This document shows positions 1 to 9,283 of a stretch of DNA of 64,000 nt, in pieces. Numbering within the stretch: position 1 is the first letter of the stretch; every line of letters starts with the position of its first letter. The stretch is taken from the NCBI GenBank assembly GCA_964371785.1, contig CAYJOL010000002.1, forward strand, positions 21,534 to 85,533. The letters run 5' to 3'. A program made the position numbers and the translations under genes. Under the pieces are notes generated by a model. That model worked only from the letters and a program-made list of their open reading frames with translations. It had not been told where the DNA came from and ran no database searches. The DNA comes from an uncultured Ignavibacteriales bacterium (lineage in GTDB: Bacteria; Zixibacteria; MSB-5A5; GN15; FEB-12).

Positions 1-160
1 GTATATGAGATATTTGAATTCTGTCAAGCAGTTATCAGGATAGCCACCCCTTTTGTCTGAGCGTTGAGCCGTCCGATTACTCTGAAATTGCACCAGCAGT
101 GGTCCGCAATAGCGGTCTTTCTGCCAGAGATTTCTTTAAAACTCAATGCGACAAGTGCAA

Positions 161-189
161 ACAAAAACCGGCTCGATGTTGAGCCGGTT
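161..189 (-). terminator. Rho-independent terminator after the YfiR-like gene
   Basis: On the minus strand, AACCGGCTC-aacatc-GAGCCGGTT forms a 7-9 bp GC-rich stem. It is followed directly by TTTTTGT, about 40 nt past the stop at 227. Confidence 0.7.
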
Positions 190-226
190 CGAGTCTATCC
201 TGCCTTGGGAAGACTTCGTGTATAAA

Positions 227-754
227 TCAGATAATCACTGCCTGTTTAAGCAGGTCCGGCGCCAGTGAAACGCCTGCCATATCCAGAACCATTTTGTTCA
301 CTTCGAATTTTACTTTTGAACCGCTATTGTCGTCAATGATGTTGATCATCACACCAAAGCGGGCAAAGTCCTGAGCATCGCTTATAGTCACCACTTTCTT
401 GTTCTCTACCTTCTTGAGAACCTTGGCCAGCTTGCCCAGATCATCGGTTGGCAGATATACAATGTGACAGTTATCCACTTCGTCCGCCAGACCTACCACT
501 TTAATATCGAACTTTCGGTTAGCGGACCGCTGAGCGGCAAGCTCCTTAAGCTTGGCCACAATAGGCGCGTCTTCAACCACACAGATGGAAACCGTCTCGG
601 AGTCAGGAATCTTCTTTCCTTTGGTCCATTCGAGGTTGTCGACCAAGTCTATAATGAACTGTGCCTTGGCGGATAGAGCTTTATCGGATTGGTCCTGGGC
701 CAACACAGCCACGCTCATGGTCAGGCACAGTAACAGCACAGCGAGTCTTTTCAT
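227..754 (-). CDS. YfiR-like periplasmic protein (DUF4154 family)
   Basis: 175 aa with a signal peptide (MKRLAVLLLCLTMSVAVLA). The layout is YfiR-type: CHIVYL...VVTISD...FGVMINI...KFEVN...AGVSL...LLK. AGGAGA RBS upstream. Confidence 0.7.
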   Translation of the reverse strand: MKRLAVLLLCLTMSVAVLAQDQSDKALSAKAQFIIDLVDNLEWTKGKKIPDSETVSICVVEDAPIVAKLKELAAQRSANRKFDIKVVGLADEVDNCHIVYLPTDDLGKLAKVLKKVENKKVVTISDAQDFARFGVMINIIDDNSGSKVKFEVNKMVLDMAGVSLAPDLLKQAVII

Positions 755-1239
755 CTACTTATTCTCCTGAAATGCCTATTTCGATCGACTTTCGCGTTTC
801 CCGGCGAACTGTATCAGTAGTTCCGAATGGTCCAATTGAGTGGGCGGCAGTAGTGGAAACATATTATAGTGTATTATACTCCATAATTAACACAAAATCA
901 ACCAAAAAATGTTCCCTTTCCCCATCCCCTGTACTGTCTATTTTCGGCGGCTCCGACCATTTCTGAACTTGAATACTTCTTAAAGTACGTTCCGCAATCA
1001 ATTTCCAGCCCGAACGTGTACTACCGGCTCATTGTTTGCCGGATTCCGGGCATGCCCGCGACGGTCCTTGCTCAAATACTGAACACCGGGCAGCGAACCT
1101 TCGGGCATTCCTTCCTCAAAACGGACATACTCCGAACTCAAGTTAATGTTGCCTCAGCCTCTATGGACAGATATCTTGGGCCGATTGTCCGCACAACTTG
1201 AGATAGTAAGGCCCTGAGATAGACTACAGAACCGCCAAT

Positions 1240-2205
1240 ATGCAGACACGCTTAACCAACACGACTGCGCGAAAAATCATAGTCACGCTTATCAAGTTTG
1301 GGCTCGCCGCGATCGTGATTTACTTCGCCGCCAAACAGGTAGCCGCAAACTGGGATAAGGTGGTAAACTTTGACTGGACGCTGAATTTCTGGTATCTGGG
1401 TATTTCTTTGGTCGGACACGTGGTCACCCTTGCCCTTTTCTCCGGTGTCTGGTGCCTTCTCATCGATGGGTTCGGCTACCGTGTCCCGCTGAAGTACGGA
1501 TTCAAAATAGCCTACCTGACTAATCTGGGAAGGTACATCCCTGGAAAGATCTGGCAGGTCTTCGGCATGGTCTATATGGCACGCCAGGTGAAGATAAAAG
1601 AGGAAGCCGCTGTCGCTTCCTGGGTAATCGCGACGATATTTACCCTGCCACCAGCTTTTCTGGTGAGTTTTGGAGCGCTTCTGCTGTACCCAGAACTCAT
1701 TTCCGGTGAAGTCGGACGCTATCTGGGTCACTCCGTATATTTGCTTGCCGCCTTTACTCTGCTACTGTCCGCAACCATGGTGATCGCGCCTAATCGCATG
1801 TTCTTCCTGTTCAACCTTTTGCTGAAGCTGTTGAAGCGACCGGCCGTTCAGTTTGAACTCTCCAAGAAAATGGCCTTAAGTATCTTTGCCGGTTACTTTG
1901 TCTGCTGGGTCGCGTTCGGTATCTCGTTTTGGCTCTTTTTGCACGCCATCATCCCGGATCCCAATATCCCGCTCATTGCCGGTGGGGGGGCATTCGTTCT
2001 GGCTTACCAGATTGGTTTTGTCGCCCTGTTCGCTCCCGGTGGCCTGGGGATAAGAGAACTGGTCATTACCGGTATGCTCACACCTTACATCGGCCCGATC
2101 GCGGCTGGCCTGGCTGTGATAGCCAGACTATGGAATATGCTCGCGGAACTCATAGCCGCGATCATCGCGCTTTTGATCAAGCTTCCTTCGGACAGGTCTG
2201 AATAG
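1240..2205 (+). CDS. UPF0104 / lysyl-PG-synthase-TM-like (flippase-like) integral membrane protein
   Basis: 321 aa, polytopic. Family motifs present: NLGRYIPGKIWQVFGM and FAPGGLGIRELV. About 50% identical by eye to the ORF at 41774..42799. Confidence 0.75.
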   Translation: MQTRLTNTTARKIIVTLIKFGLAAIVIYFAAKQVAANWDKVVNFDWTLNFWYLGISLVGHVVTLALFSGVWCLLIDGFGYRVPLKYGFKIAYLTNLGRYIPGKIWQVFGMVYMARQVKIKEEAAVASWVIATIFTLPPAFLVSFGALLLYPELISGEVGRYLGHSVYLLAAFTLLLSATMVIAPNRMFFLFNLLLKLLKRPAVQFELSKKMALSIFAGYFVCWVAFGISFWLFLHAIIPDPNIPLIAGGGAFVLAYQIGFVALFAPGGLGIRELVITGMLTPYIGPIAAGLAVIARLWNMLAELIAAIIALLIKLPSDRSE

Positions 2206-2375
2206 GCCGTTTCCCTGCTCTATTTCAAACTTGATTCAGCATCGCCGGCCGTCTATTGTCCGCTATAGCCGGATGCGAATGAACGGTCCGGCATCGGGAA
2301 TGGCAACGGCCCCAATTTGAGTTCTGCTCATCCCGATATTCAAGCGTAAGAAGTTTCATCCGATCGGAGAATGTC

Positions 2376-5303
2376 ATGGCTGGATTACACATAGGCAAGA
2401 TTATAGGCACGGCGCTGACCATTGTGAGTTGGCTTTTCGTTTCGCTTGGCGCTGAACCACTGCAACCATCGCTACAAACTGAGAGCGTGGATCGGTCGTT
2501 GAGTGCAGACGATGCCACATGTGGCGCACTTAATTACAACAGCGGATTCTGCCGTCCCGGCCAGATCATCCCATCAGTAATTCGCATTGTCGATGGCAAG
2601 GTGTACGTGGGCGGAAGTACGATTATGCCCGGCGTGAATGGAGCCGCGACAACCATATGGGGGGTGTTCGTGTGGGACGGCAGCCACTGGAGCTTCCCAA
2701 CGTACGACCAGGGACTTGAACCACGGGCGGGAACTGATCTCATCAAGTCTATCGAGGTTGTAGGAAGTGACATATACGTGGGCGGCACATTTAATGGTAC
2801 GATAGGCGGAAACTCGCCAGGTATTCGAAATATTGCTCGATGGGACGGCCAGTCTTGGCACACCCTCGGCAGCGGTCTGAACAGTTCGGTCTGGACTATT
2901 GCCGCCGCTGATACGGGCACGACTATTTTCGTCGGCGGCGAATTCACCAAGAGCGACACGACCACTCTCAATCGGTTGGCGCAGTGGGACGGGAGCTCGT
3001 GGCTACCATTGCTTCAATCAGGCGGATCTGTCCCGGGGACCAATAATCGAGTTAACGATCTTGCCGTCCGGGGTGATACCGTTTTTTGCTGCGGACTATT
3101 TACCACGGTTGGCGATGGCTTGCGTGCGCGTTATGTCGCGCGATGGAGTCGGACAACACAGACTTGGGCTGAAATCGGCGGCGGTACGAGTTCCTACACT
3201 TACCATTTGGTCATTCATGATTCGGACATGTATATCAGCGGCGCGTTCACTCTGGTCGGAAGTGGCGACTCAGTACGAAACGTAGCTCGCTGGGACGGCC
3301 ACGGCTGGCATGATGTAGGGCTTAATGGTGCGTTCAAGGTTGATGATATCGCTGTCTCCGACAGCGGACTGCTCTACTTTTGCGGCGATTTCGGGTTGGG
3401 TGTGAATTCAGCGATGAGGTATGTTGGTCAGTGGAACGGCACGACCTGGTCTCCGATAAACAGCGTCTGCAATTCCGACCAGCCGGTGACTCGGGTGGAA
3501 ACCGGAGGCAACGATATATATATAATCGGTGGTGGTGGCACTTGCACCGGATTGACCGGCGGCCTCGCGCATTCAAACGGTGAGCGGTGGGTCGGATTGG
3601 GCAACGGCGTGTCTTCTTCGACCGCCGACCTGTTCGCTATCTTAATCGACCATGATACAGTCTACGCCTGCGGTAAATTCGAGCAGGCAGGCGGCGAGCA
3701 GCGGGATTTCAGCCTCAGTCAATGGTACGACAACGGGTGGCATAGGGTCCGCGCAGGGAGTTTCTCGGGCATCGGCCCGAATACATTCCAGTATCCGGTA
3801 TATGCAATGGACAAATACGGCGGGAAACTGTACGCGGGGGGGAATTTTACTCAGACAGGCGGTCACACGGTGTATTCAATTGCCGCCTGGGATGGATCTG
3901 ACTGGTCCGGTCTCGGCGGTGACAACACTGGCTTCAACGGAGCAACTGTGCGGGCGATGGCGGAATTCAACAACGATTTGTATATCGGCGGCGATTTCAC
4001 CTCCGCAGAAACACCCGGCGGCCCGCTCGATGTCTCCGGCCTGGTGCGATGGAACGGCACGTCGTGGCAGTCGATAATCGCTGATCAGGGATTCAACGGC
4101 GTCGGTGGAAGTGTCTTCGCGTTGGCCCCGGATGGAAATGTGCTTTACACAGGAGGGCGGTTCAGCCGGTCCGACGCAGTTCCTTCAGCTAATATAGCCG
4201 TATGGGATGGTATAGCCTGGCACGGTCTCGGTTCGGGGGTAGGCGGTTCGGTTCCAGCCGGAACAGTCGTACAGGTTAACTCGATTGCCGTCAGCGGTCC
4301 CGATCTCTTTGCCGGTGGAAATTTCAGCAATGCAATCAATTTTGATAGCTCCGTAGTTCAGGTACACAATTTGGCCAGATGGGACGGTCAGCACTGGCAC
4401 GCATCAGGTAATTTCAATGGAGCAATCAACGCCATTTACGCGAGGGGTGGAGAATTATACGCGGCCGGAGCATTTACACTGGTGGATGCCGTACCCGCAA
4501 ACCATCTGGCGAGATGGGACGGTGACCAGTGGAACGCAGTCGGCGACGGCACCAGGGGCCTTGAAACGGGATCGACCGGAGTGCTGTACTGTCTTACTCC
4601 CGATGACTCCGGCATGTGGATGGGCGGCAGGTTCACGCACGCCGGTTCATTGCCAATTTCAAATATTACTCACTGGAATTTCTGCACGGTGTCACCTCCG
4701 CTGGCAGGCGAAGACACTGCTTTCGTCAACGGCACCGAGGTCACTGTTGATTGGCAAGCCCCTACGGCCGGCAAATCCTCGCTTCGTCCGCGGGCGGTAA
4801 CCTTTCAGGTTCAGGTCGGAAACGGGACCGACTTCGAGGTAATCGCAGCTGATTTGAGCAACATTATCGACACGTTCATAACTATAAGCGGTCTGGAGCA
4901 GAACACCTTCTATTCCTGGCGGGTGCGGGCGGTAATCGACGGCACGGCGGGCGCTTGGTCCGAACGCTCGACCTTCACCACGGGCATTGCCACCGACATC
5001 ACCGACCCCTCCGAAATTCTGCCGAAGGTTTTTTCGCTCAGCCAGAACTATCCTAATCCGTTTAACCCGTCGACAACCATTCGATTCACTCTTCCCAGGC
5101 AGACATTCGTTCGGCTGGAAATCTTTAATGTCCTGGGACAGAAAGTTACCACACAGGTAGATCAACTCATGCCGGCCGGTGATTACACCATCAGCTGGGA
5201 CGGAACTGACAATGCCGGTCGTCCGGTTTCCAGCGGTGTTTATCTCTACCGGATCACTGCCGGAGAGTTTGTGGATACGCGAAAGATGCTGCTGCTGAAG
5301 TAA
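2376..5303 (+). CDS. Secreted beta-propeller-repeat protein with FN3-like module and T9SS C-terminal sorting domain
   Basis: 975 aa with a hydrophobic N-terminus. About 14 repeats of the [AV]RWDG..W..LG.G blade motif. FN3-like segment (VTVDWQAP...FYSWRVRAV). C-terminus LSQNYPNPFNPSTTIRF...VYLYRI...KMLLLK. GGAGA RBS 5 nt upstream. Confidence 0.85.
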   Translation: MAGLHIGKIIGTALTIVSWLFVSLGAEPLQPSLQTESVDRSLSADDATCGALNYNSGFCRPGQIIPSVIRIVDGKVYVGGSTIMPGVNGAATTIWGVFVWDGSHWSFPTYDQGLEPRAGTDLIKSIEVVGSDIYVGGTFNGTIGGNSPGIRNIARWDGQSWHTLGSGLNSSVWTIAAADTGTTIFVGGEFTKSDTTTLNRLAQWDGSSWLPLLQSGGSVPGTNNRVNDLAVRGDTVFCCGLFTTVGDGLRARYVARWSRTTQTWAEIGGGTSSYTYHLVIHDSDMYISGAFTLVGSGDSVRNVARWDGHGWHDVGLNGAFKVDDIAVSDSGLLYFCGDFGLGVNSAMRYVGQWNGTTWSPINSVCNSDQPVTRVETGGNDIYIIGGGGTCTGLTGGLAHSNGERWVGLGNGVSSSTADLFAILIDHDTVYACGKFEQAGGEQRDFSLSQWYDNGWHRVRAGSFSGIGPNTFQYPVYAMDKYGGKLYAGGNFTQTGGHTVYSIAAWDGSDWSGLGGDNTGFNGATVRAMAEFNNDLYIGGDFTSAETPGGPLDVSGLVRWNGTSWQSIIADQGFNGVGGSVFALAPDGNVLYTGGRFSRSDAVPSANIAVWDGIAWHGLGSGVGGSVPAGTVVQVNSIAVSGPDLFAGGNFSNAINFDSSVVQVHNLARWDGQHWHASGNFNGAINAIYARGGELYAAGAFTLVDAVPANHLARWDGDQWNAVGDGTRGLETGSTGVLYCLTPDDSGMWMGGRFTHAGSLPISNITHWNFCTVSPPLAGEDTAFVNGTEVTVDWQAPTAGKSSLRPRAVTFQVQVGNGTDFEVIAADLSNIIDTFITISGLEQNTFYSWRVRAVIDGTAGAWSERSTFTTGIATDITDPSEILPKVFSLSQNYPNPFNPSTTIRFTLPRQTFVRLEIFNVLGQKVTTQVDQLMPAGDYTISWDGTDNAGRPVSSGVYLYRITAGEFVDTRKMLLLK

Positions 5304-5307
5304 ATGA

Positions 5308-5838
5308 TTATTGGTCGGTGCCGGGCCGTAACGTTTTGCTCATGACCACGCTCCGGTAGTTGGTGACATTCCACTGAACATGTTCAACAAACCGGTATCC
5401 CATCCGCTGGTACCAGTTTATCAGGTGAGTAGCCGGTTCCGCCGTGTCCAGCGCCAGTTCATCGGCCCCATCCTCCAAAGCCACTTTCTCGACATGGCAA
5501 ATGAGCTTTGTGCCGATTCTCTGCCCACGCAACCGGGGCTCTACCCCCAGCTGGCCCATGTGGGAAGTGCCGGGCAGATCCAGAAATGGCGAGCCGTCCG
5601 TGTGAGCCGAATCATAGTACGTAATGGTGCCAATTATTACGCCGTCAAGCTCGGCTATGAAGCACTTGCCGGTCGATATGCGTTCGCGGGTGGTTTCCAT
5701 ATCCTGATGCGTTGCCAGGAATCGAAGGCCAAGGTCGGCAAGGACTTTGTAGGCACGATGGAGTAAAGTCGTCAACTCTTCGACGGAATCCTGGTCTGAC
5801 CAAGGGCGGATGATAATGTTGGTGTTCTGGTTGATCAT
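5308..5838 (-). CDS. GNAT family N-acetyltransferase
   Basis: Acetyl-CoA binding motif LGVEPRLRGQRIGTKL, with a typical GNAT length when started at MINQNTNIIIRPW. The ORF-track start at 5925 adds 29 implausible residues. Confidence 0.75.
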   Translation of the reverse strand: MINQNTNIIIRPWSDQDSVEELTTLLHRAYKVLADLGLRFLATHQDMETTRERISTGKCFIAELDGVIIGTITYYDSAHTDGSPFLDLPGTSHMGQLGVEPRLRGQRIGTKLICHVEKVALEDGADELALDTAEPATHLINWYQRMGYRFVEHVQWNVTNYRSVVMSKTLRPGTDQ

Positions 5839-5988
5839 AGCGCAAAATCGAATTCTAATCAACCTCTGTATCTCCCTGGTGTCAATGAAAATCAGGCAGC
5901 ACTTCGTCGATACCAGCCACTGCAATCATATCTTGCGTTCTATATGGCTCTCCGGGTATATTCATAATCAACAAAGGAGGGAGTTAGT

Positions 5989-6372
5989 ATGTTCTGTCCA
6001 AACTGCCGGTATGAGTACAAAGAAGGTGTCTCCACGTGTCCCGACTGCGACGTCCCGCTGGTAAGTGAGCTACCGCCTGAAGAGGAGATCGAACCCGAGT
6101 ATATCGAACTTGTCACCGTTCTTGAAACATCGAACCATTCGAAGATCCTGATTGCCAAGTCTATTCTCGATGAATCCGGGATCGATTATTATCCGGGCAA
6201 GGACAGTTTGCTCGACCTGTTCGGCGGCGGCCGACTCGGCCTTAACCCGGTGATCGGACATGTCCAGTTCCAAGTGCGCCCGGAAGATGAGGAGGCTGCA
6301 AGAGAACTTCTTTCGGAACTGGCCGATGAACCGGAGGAAGACATAGGAGACGATGAAGAGTCAAATCAGTAG
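5989..6372 (+). CDS. Zinc-ribbon plus DUF2007-like (putative signal-transducing) small protein
   Basis: 127 aa. N-terminal CPNC...CPDC ribbon, then a LVTVLETSNHSKILIAKSILDESGIDYY segment and an acidic tail. Strong AAAGGAGGG RBS upstream. Confidence 0.6.
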   Translation: MFCPNCRYEYKEGVSTCPDCDVPLVSELPPEEEIEPEYIELVTVLETSNHSKILIAKSILDESGIDYYPGKDSLLDLFGGGRLGLNPVIGHVQFQVRPEDEEAARELLSELADEPEEDIGDDEESNQ

Positions 6373-6409
6373 AAACCTCGATGACCGCTGTTAGTGAGCC
6401 TTACCTCTG

Positions 6410-7885
6410 ATGCGAAAACTGACTAAAGCGATTGGTATCGCCTTGCTCAGCCTGGCCGCAGTCTATCTGCCCCTGCTTATTCCTGCCGGCTCTACTTCAC
6501 CTGATAACAAAGTACCTCGCAAGCCGTTTGCGTGGAACCGGGATGCCCTCTGGGATTCTTTGGAGACCAAGTACCAGGCAGCACGTCAGGCGGACTCAGT
6601 ACTGCTGAACCATCAGCTTGACTCATCTCTGAGCAGGTTCAGCGCCTTGATCGATACGCTCGCCCAGGCTGTGTCCGGTCCGGACTCTCCTTTGCTCAGC
6701 GATATCGAGGCCTCGATGTTCGATGCCGCACCGGTGGTGGCAGCCTCGCATCACCGGGCCGCACAGTTCCTGGCCACTTATGTCAGGATGCGAAATGAAA
6801 TCAAACGGCAATCCATCGGGTGGGACCTGACATCACCCGATGTCAGAGCCAGACTTTATCGCATGCTGTATGGCGGACGAGCTGCGGCAGAGGAAATCCT
6901 GCTGCAACTTGTCCCGGATTCCGTCCCCGCACTGCTCCTGTGCCGGGACGAGCCGTCGAGAACGCCATCCAGTCAGATTCTCGGGGTGACGATACACAGC
7001 GGCGACATCCTCGTCTCGCGCGGAGGCGCTCCAACCTCGGCGCTGATCGCTCGTGGCAGCGACTTCCCGGGGAATTTCTCTCATGTGGCGTTAGTGTATG
7101 TCGATGACAGCTCCGGACAGGCATCCATTGTAGAAGCCCACATCGAAAAAGGGGTCGCTATCGCTTCGCTCGTGGACTACCTTCGCGACACCAAGCTTCG
7201 AGTGATGGTTCTTCGCCTGCGTTCCGATTTGCCTGCTCTGGTCGCAAATCCGATGCTCCCGCATGAAGCGGCCTCGCTGGGTCGTACCGAGGCCCGGACT
7301 CGCCACATCCCATACGATTTTGCGATGGACTACAACGATTCCACAAAGTTATTCTGTTCCGAAGTAGCTTCGTCGCCCTATCACCAACTTGGCATTACCC
7401 TCTGGATGGGCATTTCGCATATCTCCGCTCCGGGCGTACGCAACTGGCTGTCGGAATTCGGAGTGAGACACTTTGAGACCCAGGAGCCGTCCGATTTGGA
7501 GTATGACCCGCAACTTGTGGTCGTGGCCGAGTGGCGCGATCCCGAAACATTGTATAAGGACCATCTGGATAATGCGGTGATAGATGTCATGCTCGAGTCC
7601 GCGGATTCCGGACGTGCCCTGACTTACAACCCGCTCATGCTCCCGTTTGCCCGGGTACTTAAAGTGTATAGCCGGGGACTCAATCTGTTCGGTCGAGTCG
7701 GGCCGGTTCCCGAAGGGATGCCGGCTGAGGCGGCGCTGAGAAACAAGCAACTATCCAAAGATCATGAAGCAATCAAGCAAAGACTGACAGAACTGGCTGA
7801 TACCTTTCGGGCTGAAAGAGGCTACCGACCACCTTATTGGGAATTGGTGAAGCTCGCCAGGATAGCGCGTGATGAGATCTTCTAA
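6410..7885 (+). CDS. Membrane-anchored protein with YiiX/YaeF-type (C92) permuted papain-like domain
   Basis: 491 aa. GDILVSRG...FSHVALVYVDD...VEAHIEKGV...PYDFAMDY...LFCSEV aligns by eye with E. coli YiiX (GDIIFQ...YSHTGML...FEAV...PYDFSFSW...YCSEV). N-terminal signal or anchor. Confidence 0.6.
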   Translation: MRKLTKAIGIALLSLAAVYLPLLIPAGSTSPDNKVPRKPFAWNRDALWDSLETKYQAARQADSVLLNHQLDSSLSRFSALIDTLAQAVSGPDSPLLSDIEASMFDAAPVVAASHHRAAQFLATYVRMRNEIKRQSIGWDLTSPDVRARLYRMLYGGRAAAEEILLQLVPDSVPALLLCRDEPSRTPSSQILGVTIHSGDILVSRGGAPTSALIARGSDFPGNFSHVALVYVDDSSGQASIVEAHIEKGVAIASLVDYLRDTKLRVMVLRLRSDLPALVANPMLPHEAASLGRTEARTRHIPYDFAMDYNDSTKLFCSEVASSPYHQLGITLWMGISHISAPGVRNWLSEFGVRHFETQEPSDLEYDPQLVVVAEWRDPETLYKDHLDNAVIDVMLESADSGRALTYNPLMLPFARVLKVYSRGLNLFGRVGPVPEGMPAEAALRNKQLSKDHEAIKQRLTELADTFRAERGYRPPYWELVKLARIARDEIF

Positions 7886-9159
7886 GTTCCGATATGTTGT
7901 CCGGCGATCCATCCGGTCGTCCAGGCAGCTTGAAAATTGAACCCGCCGGTGATGCCGTCTATATCGAGAATCTCGCCTGCGAAGAACAACCCGTCCTGAA
8001 CTCTGCTTTGCATCGTCTTGAAGTCGATCTCTTTCAGGTCTACCCCTCCGCAGGTGACAAATTCCTCCTTAAATGCACCCTTCCCCTCGATCTGGTAGTG
8101 GTCGCAGGTCAGCGTCTGCCCGAGAATCCGAATTTGTTTCTTTGTCAGGTTGGCCCAGGTGGTATCATCGCTGATACCGATATGCCGAACTAGCCGCTCC
8201 CAGAGTCGCTTCGGTATAATGTCGGGACCGCCGGTGCGAATATCCCGTCGCGGATGAGTTTCCCGAAACTCGGACAGGACTTCGACAGCATTTTCGACCG
8301 TCTTTCCCGCGAGCCAGTTGATGCTGAGCTTTCCTTTGTATCCACTGTCCTTAAGGCAACGCGCTCCCCAGGCAGACAACTTGAGCACAGCTGGACCGCT
8401 TAACCCCCAGTGGGTGATCAAGACTGGTCCCTCCTGCGTAAACTCCTTCCCTTCAACATCCATTGCAAGGACGGCATGTTCACTACTCAGTCCGGAAAGA
8501 CCTTCAATGCGCGGATCCTTAATCTTGAACGTGAATAACGATGGCGCCCGGGGCGTGATTGCGTGGCCAAGTAACTGTGCTATGCGATAACCCTGCGGGC
8601 TGCTCCCTGTCGCCAGAAGAACTCTATCGAACCGCTCCACCCCGCTGTCTGCTACGTCGACACCGAACCGAACCTGTGAGTCATTGTCCGAATCCAGCCT
8701 GACATGCATGACTCGCGATCGATGCCGGATCCTTACACCGGCCTGGATTGCCGCCTGCTGCAGACAGTCGACAATTGTCGCTGAGTTATCCGTAACCGGG
8801 AACATGCGACCATCGTCTTCGCGTTTCAGCCGAACTCCCCTCTGCGCGAACCACTTGATTGTGTCGGCAGGCTGGAACCTGGTGAATGGTCCGATCAATT
8901 CCCGTCCGCCTCGGGGGTATGACCGCGAGAGATCCTGGGGGTCAAAACATGCGTGAGTGACATTGCACCTTCCTCCACCGGAGATACGAACTTTATCAAG
9001 CGGTGCCGATGTTGATTCGAACAGCGCTACCGATGCATGACGGCTTTTTTCGGCCGCCGAGATCGCACCGAAATAACCGGCCGCACCTCCACCCACTACG
9101 GCTATTTTCACCGAAATCTGTCTACCCAATTTGATTCCTTGCTGGAGAACATGTATCAA
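7882..9159 (-). CDS. BaiN/RdsA (HI0933-like) NAD(P)/FAD-dependent oxidoreductase
   Basis: 425 aa. Motifs VVGGGAAGYF, ISGGGRCNVTH, HWGLSGPAVLKLS and GLFFAGEILDIDGITGGFNFQAAWTTGW. Confidence 0.85.
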   Translation of the reverse strand: MIHVLQQGIKLGRQISVKIAVVGGGAAGYFGAISAAEKSRHASVALFESTSAPLDKVRISGGGRCNVTHACFDPQDLSRSYPRGGRELIGPFTRFQPADTIKWFAQRGVRLKREDDGRMFPVTDNSATIVDCLQQAAIQAGVRIRHRSRVMHVRLDSDNDSQVRFGVDVADSGVERFDRVLLATGSSPQGYRIAQLLGHAITPRAPSLFTFKIKDPRIEGLSGLSSEHAVLAMDVEGKEFTQEGPVLITHWGLSGPAVLKLSAWGARCLKDSGYKGKLSINWLAGKTVENAVEVLSEFRETHPRRDIRTGGPDIIPKRLWERLVRHIGISDDTTWANLTKKQIRILGQTLTCDHYQIEGKGAFKEEFVTCGGVDLKEIDFKTMQSRVQDGLFFAGEILDIDGITGGFNFQAAWTTGWIAGQHIGT

Positions 9160-9283
9160 GAGGCATGATAAAGCATTTCAGGGAGGGAATCAACATGATC
9201 CACGGCGTTCGGCACTCGCATGAAAGTGTAAGGTGCGCCGTCAGACCGGATTCGCTATCAGGGATGCCGCCGCGACAATCCAA

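Noticed and set aside
5839-5925. Longer N-terminal extensions offered by the ORF track. Cases: GNAT at 5925, FG-GAP at 23195, Rhs at 34334, beta-helix at 39427, SAM methyltransferase at 58923, GspK-like at 50747.
   Set aside because: The extensions add non-homologous residues ahead of signal peptides or domain starts, or overlap the preceding gene. Internal starts have better RBS support: GGGGGAA before 34274, GGGAGG before the GTG at 39250, and an ATG at 59097 directly after the lptG stop.
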